DNA of 64,000 bases, from contig CAWHHT010000005.1 in NCBI GenBank assembly GCA_963829205.1, forward strand, positions 1,032,082 through 1,096,081, written 5' to 3'. Below, one piece after another: positions 36,937-46,024 of this stretch. Made by a program: the position numbers and the translations under genes. Position 1 is the first letter of the stretch, and each line of letters begins with the position of its first letter. Below the pieces are notes generated by a model. That model was not told where the DNA came from. It was given only the letters and a program-made list of their open reading frames with translations, and did no database searches. This stretch comes from an uncultured Thermoleophilia bacterium (GTDB lineage: Bacteria; Actinomycetota; Thermoleophilia; UBA2241).

Positions 36937-38361
36937 ATGGTCGGAACAATCTCACGATGGTGCGGCGTGGTGGTCGTCTGCTTGTCTGGGCTGGCCGTGC
37001 TGGCGATGGCACCCTGCACAGCGTCCGCCTCGAAAGCCCAGTACGAGAAGGCCTACCGCATCGGGCTCGAGGCATACACCTACGGTCTGCCGTTGCTCGA
37101 GACCAACAAGACCTTCCTCACGATGACCAGCATCAACGTCTCGAAGAAGGGCTTCGGTCCCGTCAACCAGTTCAACAGCGTGCGCAAGCTGAACAACCCG
37201 GCAAGCAAGGCCGTCGTCGCACCGGGTTCGAGCACGCTCTCCTCCGTCGCTTGGCTCGACCTCACGAGGGAGCCGCAGGTCCTCCACGTGCCGCGGGTGA
37301 AGAATCACTTCTTCGTCCTCGGCCTGATCGACCCGTACACCACGGACATCGCGAACCTCGGCAGCGTCCATGACACCAAGCCTGGGTACTACGTCATCTG
37401 CGGGCCCGGCCAGCACTCACTGTCGATCCCGGCAGGGACGCAGCGGATCGACGTCAACTACACGCGCATCTGGATCATCGGGTCGACCCAGCTGAAGGGC
37501 AAGAAGGACCTCGCCAACGTGCACCGCATACAGGACCGCTACACGCTGACGCCCCTCAGCAAGTACGGCTCCGGCTACAAGCCGAGGCGCCCGGCGCATC
37601 CGCACAGCAAGGTCAGGGAGTACTCGCTGCCCGGGAAGCTGCGCTTCTTCGACGTGCTCGGGCGGCAGCTCCAGAAGTTCCCGCCGCCGGCCGCCGATCG
37701 AGCCGTCCTTCGCAGGTTCGCCGAGGTCGGGATCGGCCCCGGGAAGCGGCCCTCGCGGAGCCATCACCTGAACGCCGACACGCTTCGCGGCCTGCGGGCC
37801 GCCGTCGAGGCGGGACCGGCGCAGATCGTGAGTGACACCGAGTCCCTGTTCCTCGCCGGCTTCGACAAGCACGACGGCTACCTGCTCGGCGGCTTCGGCC
37901 GCTACGGTACCAACTACAAGCTGCGCGCGGTCGTCTCCCAGATCGGCCTCGGGGCCCTCACGTCGCAGCAGACCATCTTCGCGATAAGCTCGACCGACCA
38001 CAGCGGGCAGCCGCTGAGCGGATCGACCGACTACGTCATGCACATGGCCAAGGCGCCGCCGGTGAACGAGGGTTGGTCACTCACCGTCTACGACCTGCAG
38101 GGGTTCCTGATCCCCAATCCCATCGACCGCTATAAGTTCAACAACAAGTCCCGACTCACGCGCAATGCCGACGGCTCGGTGGACATCTACCTCCAGGCCG
38201 AGCAGCCGACGGACCCGGCGCAGGCCAGGAACTGGCTGCCGACCGCCGGCGGCCAGGGGTTCGAGGTGATCTGGCGACTCCTCGCGCCGAAGCCTGGCAA
38301 GATCAAGGGCATCCTCGATGGCACAGGCTGGGAGCCGCCGGCGATCACACCGGCGCCGTGA
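36937..38361 (+). CDS. DUF1254/DUF1214 domain-containing secreted protein
   Basis: ATG at 36937 with GAGGAGAGG upstream, followed by a signal-like N-terminus. It carries YTYGLPLLETNKTF...PVNQF...VAPGSSTLSSVAWLDL...FFVLGLIDPYT and C-terminal DUF1214-like WSLTVYD...NWLP. Confidence 0.8.
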   Translation: MVGTISRWCGVVVVCLSGLAVLAMAPCTASASKAQYEKAYRIGLEAYTYGLPLLETNKTFLTMTSINVSKKGFGPVNQFNSVRKLNNPASKAVVAPGSSTLSSVAWLDLTREPQVLHVPRVKNHFFVLGLIDPYTTDIANLGSVHDTKPGYYVICGPGQHSLSIPAGTQRIDVNYTRIWIIGSTQLKGKKDLANVHRIQDRYTLTPLSKYGSGYKPRRPAHPHSKVREYSLPGKLRFFDVLGRQLQKFPPPAADRAVLRRFAEVGIGPGKRPSRSHHLNADTLRGLRAAVEAGPAQIVSDTESLFLAGFDKHDGYLLGGFGRYGTNYKLRAVVSQIGLGALTSQQTIFAISSTDHSGQPLSGSTDYVMHMAKAPPVNEGWSLTVYDLQGFLIPNPIDRYKFNNKSRLTRNADGSVDIYLQAEQPTDPAQARNWLPTAGGQGFEVIWRLLAPKPGKIKGILDGTGWEPPAITPAP

Positions 38362-38455
38362 CCTCTCAGCCGCGAAGCCACTCGCACGCCATCCCGACGA
38401 TGCAGGAAGAAGCGGCGGCGCTACCACCGAGAGAGACCAACCCTGCAGGTCACGG

Positions 38456-40123
38456 CTACCCCTCGCGAATCGCCAGCACTTCCGCAGCGTGGACACTGAG
38501 ATACGCCTCCGCCTGGCCGCCGCTGCTGCCAAGGTCGAGATCAGTGAGTGCCTCGATCCGCGCCAATCGCTTCCGCAGCGTGTTGCGATGCACGTAGAGC
38601 ACGGCCGCGGTCTCGCTCACCGAGTAGGCCGCTGCGAGATACGACTCGAGGGTGAGCAGAAGCTCGGTGCCGTGTTCGGCGTCGGCGACGGCCAGCACTC
38701 CGGCGACGCCGTCGCGCAGTTCGCGGAGGACCTCGTCGGGCAAGCTGTCCAGGGCTTTGTAGCGCACACCCAGTTCGTCGAAGAGCATGACCGGTGTCCC
38801 GCCTTCGGCCAAGCCATGCCGCAAGGCGAGACGGGCCTGGCCTACGGCCCTCGGCAGCCCATCGAGTCCGCTGCACGATGCCGAGACTCCGGCGACGACT
38901 CGGACTCCGCGCAGCCTGGCCTGGACGGCGGTGAGCGCCTCGACAAGAAACCCACGCGCCGCGTCCGCATCATCGCCACCCTCCAGCGGACTCAGGACCA
39001 GCACTTCGCCATGCCCGCTCCTTGAGACGAACGGCACCTCGCTCTCTTCCAGGACGTGGTCGACCGTCGAGAGGAACGCGTCCGTCACCGTCTCGGCAAG
39101 GCCGGGATCAACAGCCGCCCCCCCTTCGAGGGTCCCAGGTTCGGTCGGCAGTGCGGTCAGAGCAAGCATGCGCCAAGGCTCGCGCGGCTCGATGCCGTGG
39201 TAGAGGAGGCGTTCGGCGAGCTCCGCTGGAGTGCCGCGGCTGTGCAGGAGCATGTCCAGCAACCCAGCCCTCGTGCGCCTGCGCACCATGCCGGCATTCT
39301 GGCTCGTCACGAGCTCCACTTCGAGCAGACGCTGAGCGAAGCTGAGTGCAGCGTCTGCGAACTCCGAGATGAGGCTGTCCTCCGGGTAGATCGCCATCAG
39401 CACCTGCTCGGTGCGACCGTGAATGCGGATCTCGCGAAAGGCGATCGGCCGGCCGCGGACGTCGACGATCACCGATCGCGGCACACCGGCACGAAGCACT
39501 CTCTGATACTCGGCCCATGCCTCCTTGATCAGCATCTGGCCAGCGGGTCCTGTCGGAGTCGCGCCTCCTGCGAGGCCGCCGCTGCCATCCAGCAGCAGCA
39601 TGTCGGCCTCGACCAGCTGACCCAGCCTCGTGACCAGTCCGGACGGCGTTTGCTCGGCCAGTAGGGTCTCCAGGAGGTGCTTCTGCAGGGCCACGCTGCG
39701 CCGCAAGCGGTGCATGTCGCGAGAGGCGAGAGCATTGAACACGTAGCTCGTGATCTGACGGAACGGCGTGCCTTCCGGGACTCTGAGGAGCGGCAGGCCA
39801 CATTCGTCGGCAGCGTCCAGCATGACCGCAGGGATCTCGCGGACGTGGGGCATGATGGCCACGCCGATGCCCACCATCCGGTGCTCCCTGAGGAGACGTA
39901 CGAGGCGCGCCCCGCTCTGCGCATCACCCTCAAGACGCGGCCCGGTCGTGAGAAGGAGGCTGCCCTGCACCATCCACGGCGTCGGATCATCGAGGTCGCC
40001 GATGTAGACGGCCTCGATGATCTGGTCGACGCCGGAGCGTCCCGCGACCACCTCGAGCTGCAGGTCGCTGTTCTCGACCAGCTCGCGGATGGTGAGCGCG
40101 TCCCCGACTGACTGTTCGGTCAC
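38456..40123 (-). CDS. PucR family transcriptional regulator
   Basis: N-terminal PucR-type sensor domain (LTIRELVENSDLQLEVVAG...) and C-terminal HTH (AAVLYVHRNTLRKRLARIEALT). A GTG at 40123 has GAGGGA 7 nt upstream. An alternative ATG is at 40162. Confidence 0.85.
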   Translation of the reverse strand: MTEQSVGDALTIRELVENSDLQLEVVAGRSGVDQIIEAVYIGDLDDPTPWMVQGSLLLTTGPRLEGDAQSGARLVRLLREHRMVGIGVAIMPHVREIPAVMLDAADECGLPLLRVPEGTPFRQITSYVFNALASRDMHRLRRSVALQKHLLETLLAEQTPSGLVTRLGQLVEADMLLLDGSGGLAGGATPTGPAGQMLIKEAWAEYQRVLRAGVPRSVIVDVRGRPIAFREIRIHGRTEQVLMAIYPEDSLISEFADAALSFAQRLLEVELVTSQNAGMVRRRTRAGLLDMLLHSRGTPAELAERLLYHGIEPREPWRMLALTALPTEPGTLEGGAAVDPGLAETVTDAFLSTVDHVLEESEVPFVSRSGHGEVLVLSPLEGGDDADAARGFLVEALTAVQARLRGVRVVAGVSASCSGLDGLPRAVGQARLALRHGLAEGGTPVMLFDELGVRYKALDSLPDEVLRELRDGVAGVLAVADAEHGTELLLTLESYLAAAYSVSETAAVLYVHRNTLRKRLARIEALTDLDLGSSGGQAEAYLSVHAAEVLAIREG

Positions 40124-40254
40124 CTGGCGTTCCCTCGCGGTGTGCGTCCGCCTACCGCCCATGCTAGCAGCATATGGCCGGCGCGGCGCTCCCGGGGGTC
40201 GAGAAGCGCCGCGCCGGCACGCTCCCGGCACGCATTCGAGGTCGCGACTACTGT

Positions 40255-41736
40255 CTAGGCGGATTCCGACTCGAGGTCGATCGATTGCAGCATGCGCTCG
40301 CTCTCCGCGATGGCTCCCCGCTCAGCTGCGACATCAAGATTGCGGGTCAGGAGCCAGTAGGCGATCCCCGTCGTCGCCGCGCCGACGATCCAGGCGATGT
40401 CGACGCTGTTGATGTGAGTGGCCAAGGGGCCGGTGAAGTAGCTCTTCAGCGTGACCAGATTGAGCAGCACCATGAACGGGATCTCGCAGGCGAACCCGAT
40501 GCCGTAGGCGATGAGGCCGCGAGGCGACCATACTCCGTAGATGCCGTGCGGCGCGAAGATGTCGATGATGGAGTAGTGCCCGCGGCGGACGAAGAAGAAG
40601 TCGATCAGGTTCACCGTGGTCCACGGAACGAGAAGGTACAGCATGAGCGTCAGAGAGGTGAACACGACGCCGACGGCGCTCGTGGAGATCAACTTGGCGA
40701 TCACAAACCAGATGACCATGAGAATCAGGATCGTGACGACGCGCGCTCGCCGCGTCGGGTTGACCTTTCGGAATGAGTCGACCCCAGCCAAAGACGTCAG
40801 CATGCCACCGTAGGCGTTCATGCCCATCGTCGCAGCCAGCGCCGCGGCCGAGATGAACGCAGCCGCAGTACCGAGGTGAGAGAACACGTGATTGCCGGCC
40901 GTCTGCAGGCCGACGAGGCCGTCGACCGCGCCCAGCCGGATCGCGAGCCAAGCTCCCAGCGCGATCAGCCAGACCGCCGGCGTGGTGGCTCCTGCGAAGA
41001 CCCAGGCGATGACGCTTCTCCGGCGGGTCTTCCGCGGCAGGTAACGAGAATAGTCCGACACGTAGCATGCATAGGTGATGTTGTACGCCGCCGCTGCTGA
41101 GAGCTGCGCCATGAACCCGGTCCAGTTGAAGCCGTACGCAGTGTGGGGGGCGACTCCGCCGGCATGTCCCGTGATCACTCCGACGGTGATGATCGCGATA
41201 AGCGGAAGGAGGATGTAGAGCAGCCAGCGGAAGATGCGGTGGAGCCAATCGTAGCCGTAGATCGCGAGCAGCGCCGCGCCTACGGTCGCGACGATCGCGA
41301 CCACATTTGCATTCCAGCCGAACGCTCCGTGCAGACCCTCCGCAAGGAGCACCTGGTCGGCGATGTTGAAGGCCAGGTAGGTGAAGAGGGCCGCAAACAG
41401 CGCCACCACCACGCCGCGAAACCCGAACTGCGCACGGGACTGGATCATCTGAGGGAGTCCGAAGACGGGGCCCTGGGCCGCATGGAACGCCATGAAGCAC
41501 GTGCCGATCAGGATGCCCAGGGTGCCGGCCACGATCGTCCACCAAAGCGACAGACCAAAGGCCGGACCCACGAAGCCGATCGGGATCGTGAAGTACTGGA
41601 AGTTGCCGAGGAACCACAGCGGTCCCTGGTGCCACACCTTTCCGTGACGCTCGGTGTCGGGGATCCAGTCGATCGAGCGCACCTCGATGCCACGGACGAG
41701 GCCAACGTCATCGGCTGGTTTGGGCTCAGTCACCAT
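40255..41736 (-). CDS. NCS1 family permease (purine-cytosine / hydantoin / allantoin type)
   Basis: 493 aa with 12 hydrophobic spans. The N-terminal IDWIPDTERHG..W.....WF..N is typical of cytosine/purine permeases. Confidence 0.85.
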   Translation of the reverse strand: MVTEPKPADDVGLVRGIEVRSIDWIPDTERHGKVWHQGPLWFLGNFQYFTIPIGFVGPAFGLSLWWTIVAGTLGILIGTCFMAFHAAQGPVFGLPQMIQSRAQFGFRGVVVALFAALFTYLAFNIADQVLLAEGLHGAFGWNANVVAIVATVGAALLAIYGYDWLHRIFRWLLYILLPLIAIITVGVITGHAGGVAPHTAYGFNWTGFMAQLSAAAAYNITYACYVSDYSRYLPRKTRRRSVIAWVFAGATTPAVWLIALGAWLAIRLGAVDGLVGLQTAGNHVFSHLGTAAAFISAAALAATMGMNAYGGMLTSLAGVDSFRKVNPTRRARVVTILILMVIWFVIAKLISTSAVGVVFTSLTLMLYLLVPWTTVNLIDFFFVRRGHYSIIDIFAPHGIYGVWSPRGLIAYGIGFACEIPFMVLLNLVTLKSYFTGPLATHINSVDIAWIVGAATTGIAYWLLTRNLDVAAERGAIAESERMLQSIDLESESA

Positions 41737-41786
41737 CTCAGACTCCTATCGCTCGCCATGGAGGATCGCGCGTACAGGAACACCTT

Positions 41787-42659
41787 CTATGTCCTTTCCG
41801 GAGAGTGCGGTGCACTGACCGGTGCCGTCGCAGCGACGGCACCGTAGAGCTCTGGCCGGCGATCGCGAAGCTGCGACCCGTAGCCGGTTCTCATCTCTCG
41901 TGTCTGCTCGAAGTCGACCCTCGCAACGAGCAGACCATCCTCTTCCTCGCCCAGCGCGGCGAGTGGTCTGCCGAGACAGTCGAGCGCGCAGGAATGGCCG
42001 GAGAAATGCGCGTCGCCATCGGCGCCGGCGCGATTGACGGCCACGATGGGAGTGACATTGTCGTACGCCCGAGCCCGCATGACGAGGTCCCAGTCAGGCA
42101 CGTGCGGGTCCTCCCAGGCGCCGATGACGACGAACAACTCGGCGCCGGCGAGCGCATGCGTGCGTGCTACCTCGGGGAAGGCGGCATCCCAGCAGATCAT
42201 GACGCCGAGGCGGCCCACAGACGAGTCAACGAGAGGCAGCTCATCGCCATTGACGAAGAACCTCCGCTCGGTGTCCAGGCAGTGGGTCTTGCGATAGGAG
42301 ATCAGCGGCGTGCCGTCCCGCTCGAAGACGGCAGCGGAGTCGTAGATGATATCCGTGGCCGCCGCCTCCGCATAGCCCGCAACCAGCACGACTTCCAGGT
42401 CCGCCGCCAGCTGTGAAAGACGACGCAGGCCAGGGCCGTCCGGCCAGAGCTGGGCCAAGTCGTGGAAGCGCTCGCCGACCGAGTAGCCCGTCACGCCGAG
42501 CTCGGGAATCACGAGCAAGCCGAGCTCGGAGTGAGCCTGTTTCAGAGAGCGCCCCAGCTGCTCGATCTTGGTCAAGTTGGCCTCGATGTCGCCGGTCTTC
42601 GAGACGAGCTGGATGCCGGCGGCAAGGAGCGCGGAGGGCGGCTGCGTCGAGCGGCTCAT
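41787..42659 (-). CDS. Carbon-nitrogen hydrolase (nitrilase superfamily)
   Basis: Glu-Lys-Cys triad contexts IPELGVTGY, YRKTHC and VMICWD. Confidence 0.85.
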   Translation of the reverse strand: MSRSTQPPSALLAAGIQLVSKTGDIEANLTKIEQLGRSLKQAHSELGLLVIPELGVTGYSVGERFHDLAQLWPDGPGLRRLSQLAADLEVVLVAGYAEAAATDIIYDSAAVFERDGTPLISYRKTHCLDTERRFFVNGDELPLVDSSVGRLGVMICWDAAFPEVARTHALAGAELFVVIGAWEDPHVPDWDLVMRARAYDNVTPIVAVNRAGADGDAHFSGHSCALDCLGRPLAALGEEEDGLLVARVDFEQTREMRTGYGSQLRDRRPELYGAVAATAPVSAPHSPERT

Positions 42660-42660
42660 G

Positions 42661-43509
42661 TCAGTCGTCCCGGAGCAGCGGGAAGGTCATGCAGTGTGGT
42701 CCACCGCCGCCCTTGAGGATCTCGGTGATCTCGGGTGCGATGACTTCGAGCCCGAAGGCCTTGAGCTTCGCGTTGACCTTGGCGTTGCCCGCGAACGTGA
42801 GCACGCGGTCGTCGCCCAGGCACTGGATGTTGCAGTGGTGCTTGAAGACGCCCTCACTGGGCACGTCGATGAGCTCGAAACGTCGCTTGCGCAGCATGCG
42901 CAGAAGGAAGTCGGGCATCTGCTCCGTCGCGCAGACCGCAAGGCCCGGCGCCACGATATTGAAGGCCATGTCGAGATGCAGGTTCTTGCTCGCGAGTTGC
43001 ACGCCGCGCACGTTGTAGCCCAAGGGTTCCAGGATCTCCGCGGCGCTGCGCAGACCTTCCCAGGTCGTGCGGGCGACGACGCCGTGGACGATCGTCGCCC
43101 CGTCGAGGAACCAGAAGTCCCCGCCCTCGAACGAGCCCCTCGTGACCTTGCCCACGACCGGCACCCCGAGTTCGCGCACCTTGCGCTCGTAGTGGATCTC
43201 CTCGCCTTGCCGGGCCGGTTCCTTGAAGCTGCCGATGAGGACCCCTTCGGCAAGGCATGCACCGAAGTCGCGGGCGTAGACCATATACGGCAGGCCCGGC
43301 GCCGGGTCTGCAAGCTCGACCTCGACTCCAGCCGAACGATAGGCCTGCACAAACTCGGCATGCTCGCGCGCGAACGCCTCGAGATCGGGCTCTTCACCGC
43401 TGGCGAGCACCCGGTTGGTGATCTCGTTGATGGGCTGAAAACGGAAATGCGTCGGAGGGCAGAGGAGAACCCTGCGCAGTCTGCCGGTGGAATTTGAGAC
43501 GAATGTCAT
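42661..43509 (-). CDS. Amidinotransferase-fold (DDAH / arginine deiminase-like) guanidino-group-modifying enzyme
   Basis: MVYARDF, FEGGDF, HLDMAFN and C-terminal GGGGPHCMT (nucleophile Cys). The ATG at 43509 has GGAAGGA upstream. The listed ORF begins at a TTG at 43539. Confidence 0.75.
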   Translation of the reverse strand: MTFVSNSTGRLRRVLLCPPTHFRFQPINEITNRVLASGEEPDLEAFAREHAEFVQAYRSAGVEVELADPAPGLPYMVYARDFGACLAEGVLIGSFKEPARQGEEIHYERKVRELGVPVVGKVTRGSFEGGDFWFLDGATIVHGVVARTTWEGLRSAAEILEPLGYNVRGVQLASKNLHLDMAFNIVAPGLAVCATEQMPDFLLRMLRKRRFELIDVPSEGVFKHHCNIQCLGDDRVLTFAGNAKVNAKLKAFGLEVIAPEITEILKGGGGPHCMTFPLLRDD

Positions 43510-43554
43510 GCGGTGGGTCCTTCCGTTCTCGTCAGTCAAGGCGATCGATGGGCG

Positions 43555-44709
43555 TCATTCGGCGTAGGCCTTGCGGAAGAGCTCCAGGTAGTCGTCGTAG
43601 CCGATGTCGCGCGCGTTGTCCGGTGAGCAGACATGTTCGTCGGAGAGGCGTGCCATGGTCTCGAGGTCACTCCGGTCGAGCTCCTGCAGATCACGCAGCT
43701 TGGGGATGCCGATCTGGGCCATCAGGGCTCGCGTCGCCTCCACCCCCGAGCGCCCCGCCTCGGCCTCGGTCATGTCCGCCGCTCCCGGGCTGAGAGCACG
43801 CGCGACCGCGGCGTGCTTCGCCGGATCGGCCTCGAGGTTGAACTCAAGGACGTAGGGGAGGAACACGGCGCAGGCGACTCCGTGCGGCGTGTCGTAGAGA
43901 CCGCCAAGGCTCTCCCCCATGCAGTGCACAGCGCCGACGTCGGCGTTGCCGAAGGCAAGGCCGGCGAGGAGGCTTGCGAGCAGCATGTCGGCGCGCGCTC
44001 CTGCGTTCGCTCCCTCCTTGACGGCGACCGTCAACGCCCCGGCGACCAAGCCGATGGCTCGAAGCGCCAAGGCGTCACTGATCGGATTGGCCGCCTTGCA
44101 CGTGTACGCCTCGATCGCATGCACCAGCGCGTCCATGCCCGTGGCGGCCGTCATGCCAGGTGGCAGGGTGAGTGTGAGATCGGGATCAAGGATCGCGACT
44201 TCGGGGGCGATCCGCTGATCGAGGAGCGTCATCTTGTAGTGATGCTCCTGGTCGGTGATGACAGCGACCCACGTGACTTCGCTCCCCGTCCCCGCTGTCG
44301 TGGGGACGGCTATCGTCGGAAGAGGAGCCCGCTCAAGCTGCCGCGGGTCTTCCCAGTCTTTGACCCGGCCGCCGTTGGTCACCAGCGCGGCGGCGGACTT
44401 GGCGGTGTCCAGTGCGCTCCCTCCGCCCAAGCCGATGATGGCTTGGGCGCCGAAGGCCACGGCAGCGGCGGCGGCTTCACAGCAATCTTCGTCGCGAGGG
44501 TTGGCAGACACGCCCGCGAAGACCGAGGACTTGAGACCAGCGCCTTTGAGGACTTCCACAGCCTTGTCTGCAAGTCCCGCGGCAACGATCCCGGGGTCAG
44601 TGACGATCAGGACGCTCTGGTCTGCGAAGGCCTTTGCCTCGCGGCCGAGATCGGCCAGTCTTCCCGCGCCAAAGATGATCTTGGTTCTCAGCTCATACGT
44701 GAAATCCAC
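43555..44709 (-). CDS. Iron-containing (group III) alcohol dehydrogenase
   Basis: 384 aa carrying GLGGGSALDTAK and the His-rich metal site region (MDALVHAIEAY..., GAVHCMGESL). Confidence 0.85.
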   Translation of the reverse strand: MDFTYELRTKIIFGAGRLADLGREAKAFADQSVLIVTDPGIVAAGLADKAVEVLKGAGLKSSVFAGVSANPRDEDCCEAAAAAVAFGAQAIIGLGGGSALDTAKSAAALVTNGGRVKDWEDPRQLERAPLPTIAVPTTAGTGSEVTWVAVITDQEHHYKMTLLDQRIAPEVAILDPDLTLTLPPGMTAATGMDALVHAIEAYTCKAANPISDALALRAIGLVAGALTVAVKEGANAGARADMLLASLLAGLAFGNADVGAVHCMGESLGGLYDTPHGVACAVFLPYVLEFNLEADPAKHAAVARALSPGAADMTEAEAGRSGVEATRALMAQIGIPKLRDLQELDRSDLETMARLSDEHVCSPDNARDIGYDDYLELFRKAYAE

Positions 44710-44787
44710 GGCACGACCCCCTCACAGATCTGTCATGTCCAGTCGAGTGCGTTGCCAGCGAAGACCGAGGCCCAGGATCACCTCGCC

Positions 44788-45723
44788 TCACAGCGTCGTG
44801 AGCACGAGCACCGCCTTTTCGGTGTGCATGCGGTTCTCGCCCTGGTCCCAGAAGACGCAGTACTTGCTCTCGATGACCTCGTCGACCATGTCCTCGCCGC
44901 GCGTGCCGGGAAGGCAGTGCATGTAGATCACGTCCGGCTTGGCCATCTCGATCACGCGCATGTTGACCTGGTAGGGCGCGAAGTCCTTGACGCGCTGTTC
45001 GGGGTCGGTCGTCGCCATCGAGTGCCAGGTGTTGCCGTAGATCACGTCGGCGCCGGAGGCGACCTCTTCGAGGTCCTTCGTGTAGACGATCTTCGAGCCG
45101 CTGAGCTCCGCCCACTTCTGCGCCGTGGCGAGCTGCTCGGCGTTGGGCTGGTAGGTCTCGTTCGGCTGCGCCGCGTAGAAGTCCATGCCCATCATCGCGG
45201 CGCCCATCATCAGCGAGTGGCAGACGTTCCAGATGTCGCCGAGGTAGCCGATCTTGAGGCCCTTGTAGGCGCCCTTCTTCTCCTTGATCGTCATCAGGTC
45301 GCAGAGGCCCTGGCAGGGGTGCGTCTCGTTGGTGAGCGCGTTGATCACCGGGTTGCGCATGTACTGCGCGAACTCCTCCACGACCTCCTGGCCGAAGGTG
45401 CGGATGAAGAGGCCGTCGCAGTAGCGGTCGATGATGCGCGCCGTGTCGCGGATCGGTTCGCCGCGGCTGGTCTGCATCTGGTCGGGGCTCATGTAGAAGG
45501 TCTGCGCCCCGAGCTGGGCGGCGCCGGCCTGGAAGCTCACGCGCGTGCGCGTGCTGAGCTTCTCGAAGATCATCGCGAAGGTCTTGCCGGCGAGCGGCGC
45601 GAAGGCTTCGCCCTGTGCGCGCTTGCGCTTGAGGTCGATCGCCGTATCGACGGCATAGCCGACCTCTTCGGGCGTGAAGTCGGCCAGCTTTAGGAAGTCC
45701 TTGCCTTGGAAGTGGTGAAGCAT
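44788..45723 (-). CDS. Ornithine-carbamoyltransferase-family enzyme with divergent second-substrate loop
   Basis: The carbamoyl-phosphate motifs STRTR, HPCQ and HCLP(G) are present. The position of the ornithine-binding DxxxSMG loop reads GNTWHSMA. GAGGAGG lies upstream of the ATG. Confidence 0.8.
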   Translation of the reverse strand: MLHHFQGKDFLKLADFTPEEVGYAVDTAIDLKRKRAQGEAFAPLAGKTFAMIFEKLSTRTRVSFQAGAAQLGAQTFYMSPDQMQTSRGEPIRDTARIIDRYCDGLFIRTFGQEVVEEFAQYMRNPVINALTNETHPCQGLCDLMTIKEKKGAYKGLKIGYLGDIWNVCHSLMMGAAMMGMDFYAAQPNETYQPNAEQLATAQKWAELSGSKIVYTKDLEEVASGADVIYGNTWHSMATTDPEQRVKDFAPYQVNMRVIEMAKPDVIYMHCLPGTRGEDMVDEVIESKYCVFWDQGENRMHTEKAVLVLTTL

Positions 45724-45946
45724 TCGCTCTGCGCCTCCTCTAGTCGCTGGGCATGCCGAGCCATCGGGCTTGCGTCAGGTGGGCACGGCGAGCCTAGGCA
45801 AGCAGCGACGTGCGGAGAAGTGGACGATCGGACACGATTTGCGGGGTTCGGCGGTGCCTCCGTACACGGGATCACCGACGCGAGGCAAGACCCACGTGTC
45901 GGCGAAGCAAGGCGAGTAGCAGAGAATCCGACGACCGAGATGGAAC

Positions 45947-45979
45947 GGACAAGGGACCGGCTCGGCCGGTCCCTTGTCC
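45947..45979 (-). terminator. Perfect 14-bp GC-rich hairpin downstream of the peptidase gene
   Basis: GGACAAGGGACCGG-CTCGG-CCGGTCCCTTGTCC, 46 nt past the stop at 46025. It has no clear U-tract, which is common in high-GC genomes. Confidence 0.5.
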
Positions 45980-46024
45980 GTCGTCTTGCGCCCGGTCCGC
46001 TTGCCGGGCGCCCACTGCGCGGAG

